This document shows positions 62,707 through 64,000 of a DNA stretch of 64,000 nt, one piece after another. How positions within the stretch are numbered: position 1 is the stretch's first letter; every line of letters begins with the position of its first letter. The stretch covers positions 8,024 through 72,023 of the IMG/VR virus record IMGVR_UViG_3300046096_000174, one strand, 5' to 3'. The notes under the pieces are model-generated. The model saw only the letters and a list, made by a program, of their open reading frames with translations, was not told where the DNA came from and made no database searches. Source of the DNA: a virus (Duplodnaviria > Heunggongvirae > Uroviricota > Caudoviricetes). A program made the position numbers and the translations under genes.

Positions 62707-64000
62707 ATGGCACGACCAAAGAAACAAGAAACTGTTGCTAAAGCTACTATGAATGATACACCTGACAGATTTAAATTAGCTGAAGCTGGTTATCTAGGTT
62801 TAAATATTTATGCTGGTTTAAGTGAAGATGAGATTAAGAAGGAATTAAACTTTCCAGCTAGTATCACAACATACAAGCAAATGTCTTACCATTCAACCGT
62901 AAACTCTGCTTTAACTTTATTTGATAACCTAGTCGGTAAAGCCGATTGGAAATTCAAAGCCCCAAAAGATGCCACCGAAATTGAACTAAACCAAGCCAAG
63001 CTCATTAATGAAATGATGCAAGACATGGAAGGCCAGACTTGGGCTGACTTCGTTAGTGAAGCACTAAGCTGCAACGTATTCGGTTTCGCAGTACATGAGA
63101 AGGTCTACCGCAGACGCTTAAAAGCTAACGGTTCTAAATACAATGACGGTATTATCGGTTGGAAAAAGCTTCCAATTCGTAACCAAGAGACTATCTCTCG
63201 CTTTGTCTTCTCAGACGATGGTAATGATATCTTAGGTGTACGCCAAGACCTTAGCCGAGTTAATGACCCTTACAATCGCTACTCTAAGCGTACTGAAAAC
63301 GTAGTTGTGCTACCTCGTAGCAAGATTATGCTATTCCGCGCAGGTAAGCATAAGGGTGACCCATACGGTAAATCACCCTTACGTGATGCTTACTTAGCAT
63401 GGCGCTTCTTATCTGTAATCGAAGAGATTGAAGCCAACGGTGTTGCTAAAGACTTAGCTGGTTTACCAGTTCTCAAGCTACCACCACAATATCTAGCTGC
63501 TGATGCTTCTCCAGACCAGAAGGCTATCCGCGCTTATTACGAAAACGTAATGCGTAACTTGCAAATGAATCAGCAATCAGCTTTGATTCTACCACAAGCT
63601 TATGACCAAGACACCCGCCAACCTCTATTTAGCTTAGAACTCCTAAGTTTAAATGGTAGCAAGGCAATGGATACAAGCAAGATTAAAGAATACTACAAGA
63701 ATTTAATCCTTACTTCCTTATTTGCTGACTTACTCGTAATGGGTCAAACTGGCGGTGGCTCTTTTGCCTTAGGTCAGATTAAAAGCTCATTATCAGGTAA
63801 TGCTGCAGAGGCTATGCTCAAGAAGATTACTCAAGTAATCAACGAGGATTTAGTTCGTCAAACCTATGAACTCAATGGTTGGGATACCGCCAGAATGGGT
63901 ACTATGGATTACGACAATATCCAAACTGAAGACTTAGAATCATTCAGCAAGGCAATCCAACGCTATGCAAGTACAGGTATGCTTGAAATTGACCGTCCAG
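62707..64000 (+). CDS. Putative portal protein, 3' partial (runs off the window)
   Basis: RBS TAAGGAG before the ATG at 62707. The frame is open to the window end (431 codons). Position directly after terL. Confidence 0.45.
   Translation, partial: MARPKKQETVAKATMNDTPDRFKLAEAGYLGLNIYAGLSEDEIKKELNFPASITTYKQMSYHSTVNSALTLFDNLVGKADWKFKAPKDATEIELNQAKLINEMMQDMEGQTWADFVSEALSCNVFGFAVHEKVYRRRLKANGSKYNDGIIGWKKLPIRNQETISRFVFSDDGNDILGVRQDLSRVNDPYNRYSKRTENVVVLPRSKIMLFRAGKHKGDPYGKSPLRDAYLAWRFLSVIEEIEANGVAKDLAGLPVLKLPPQYLAADASPDQKAIRAYYENVMRNLQMNQQSALILPQAYDQDTRQPLFSLELLSLNGSKAMDTSKIKEYYKNLILTSLFADLLVMGQTGGGSFALGQIKSSLSGNAAEAMLKKITQVINEDLVRQTYELNGWDTARMGTMDYDNIQTEDLESFSKAIQRYASTGMLEIDRP

Noticed and set aside
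1-64000. Integrase, transposase or other mobile-element genes, or an attachment site next to tRNAs
   Set aside because: No tyrosine/serine recombinase or DDE motifs were seen in any ORF. The only mobile-type gene is the free-standing HNH endonuclease at 18228..18587.

Overview
This window is a segment of a large lytic dsDNA phage genome of about 40% GC, organised in three strand blocks. Features and findings below run to 64000.

Block 1 (1..5846, + strand) is late and structural. It carries the 3' end of a roughly 1300-aa tail fibre / host-specificity protein with FN3-like repeats. A second tail-fibre protein follows with three tandem 99-bp (33-aa) repeats. The block ends with a lysis cassette of two small membrane proteins and an M15 L-Ala-D-Glu peptidase endolysin, closed by a bidirectional terminator.

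Block 2 (5955..32870, - strand) is the DNA-metabolism and replication block. It encodes thioredoxin, NrdA/NrdB, a MazG-like and a second nucleotide pyrophosphohydrolase, an HTH-DEDD exonuclease, a metallophosphoesterase, a flap endonuclease, Endo VII, an SSB with an acidic DDSPF tail, an NTase-fold protein, an HNH endonuclease flanked by two non-canonical tRNA-like elements, a Prs-like plus NAMPT-like pair (NARP1-type NAD reconstitution candidate), family A DNA polymerase, T7-gp4-like primase-helicase, an RNA-ligase-family enzyme, DNA ligase, a lipoprotein, a 663-aa orphan protein and an SPFH protein. Recurrent cUUCGg hairpins sit in intercistronic sites.

Block 3 (33006..64000, + strand) is a dense array of small early genes. 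It includes dCMP deaminase, a P-loop kinase plus RNA ligase plus macro domain, ThyX, an HU-like protein, a membrane-anchored SleB-like hydrolase and many Zn-ribbon or Cys-rich mini-proteins. A compositionally foreign GC-rich island lies at about 49.55..53.05 kb. It opens with iteron-like repeats and three perfect DnaA boxes around an AT-rich core. A short minus-strand ClpP-like / PhoH / acidic-protein unit follows. Next comes a wHTH gene followed by three direct repeats. A cluster of 12 tRNA or tRNA-like genes contains a 235-nt noncoding gap and a 23-codon micro-ORF. The block ends with a Gly-rich protein, small and large terminase, and the start of a putative portal gene.

Two families of conserved extended -10 promoter motifs recur upstream of early genes. 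No CRISPR array, integrase or transposase was seen. All calls are by eye from motifs; there is no database support.
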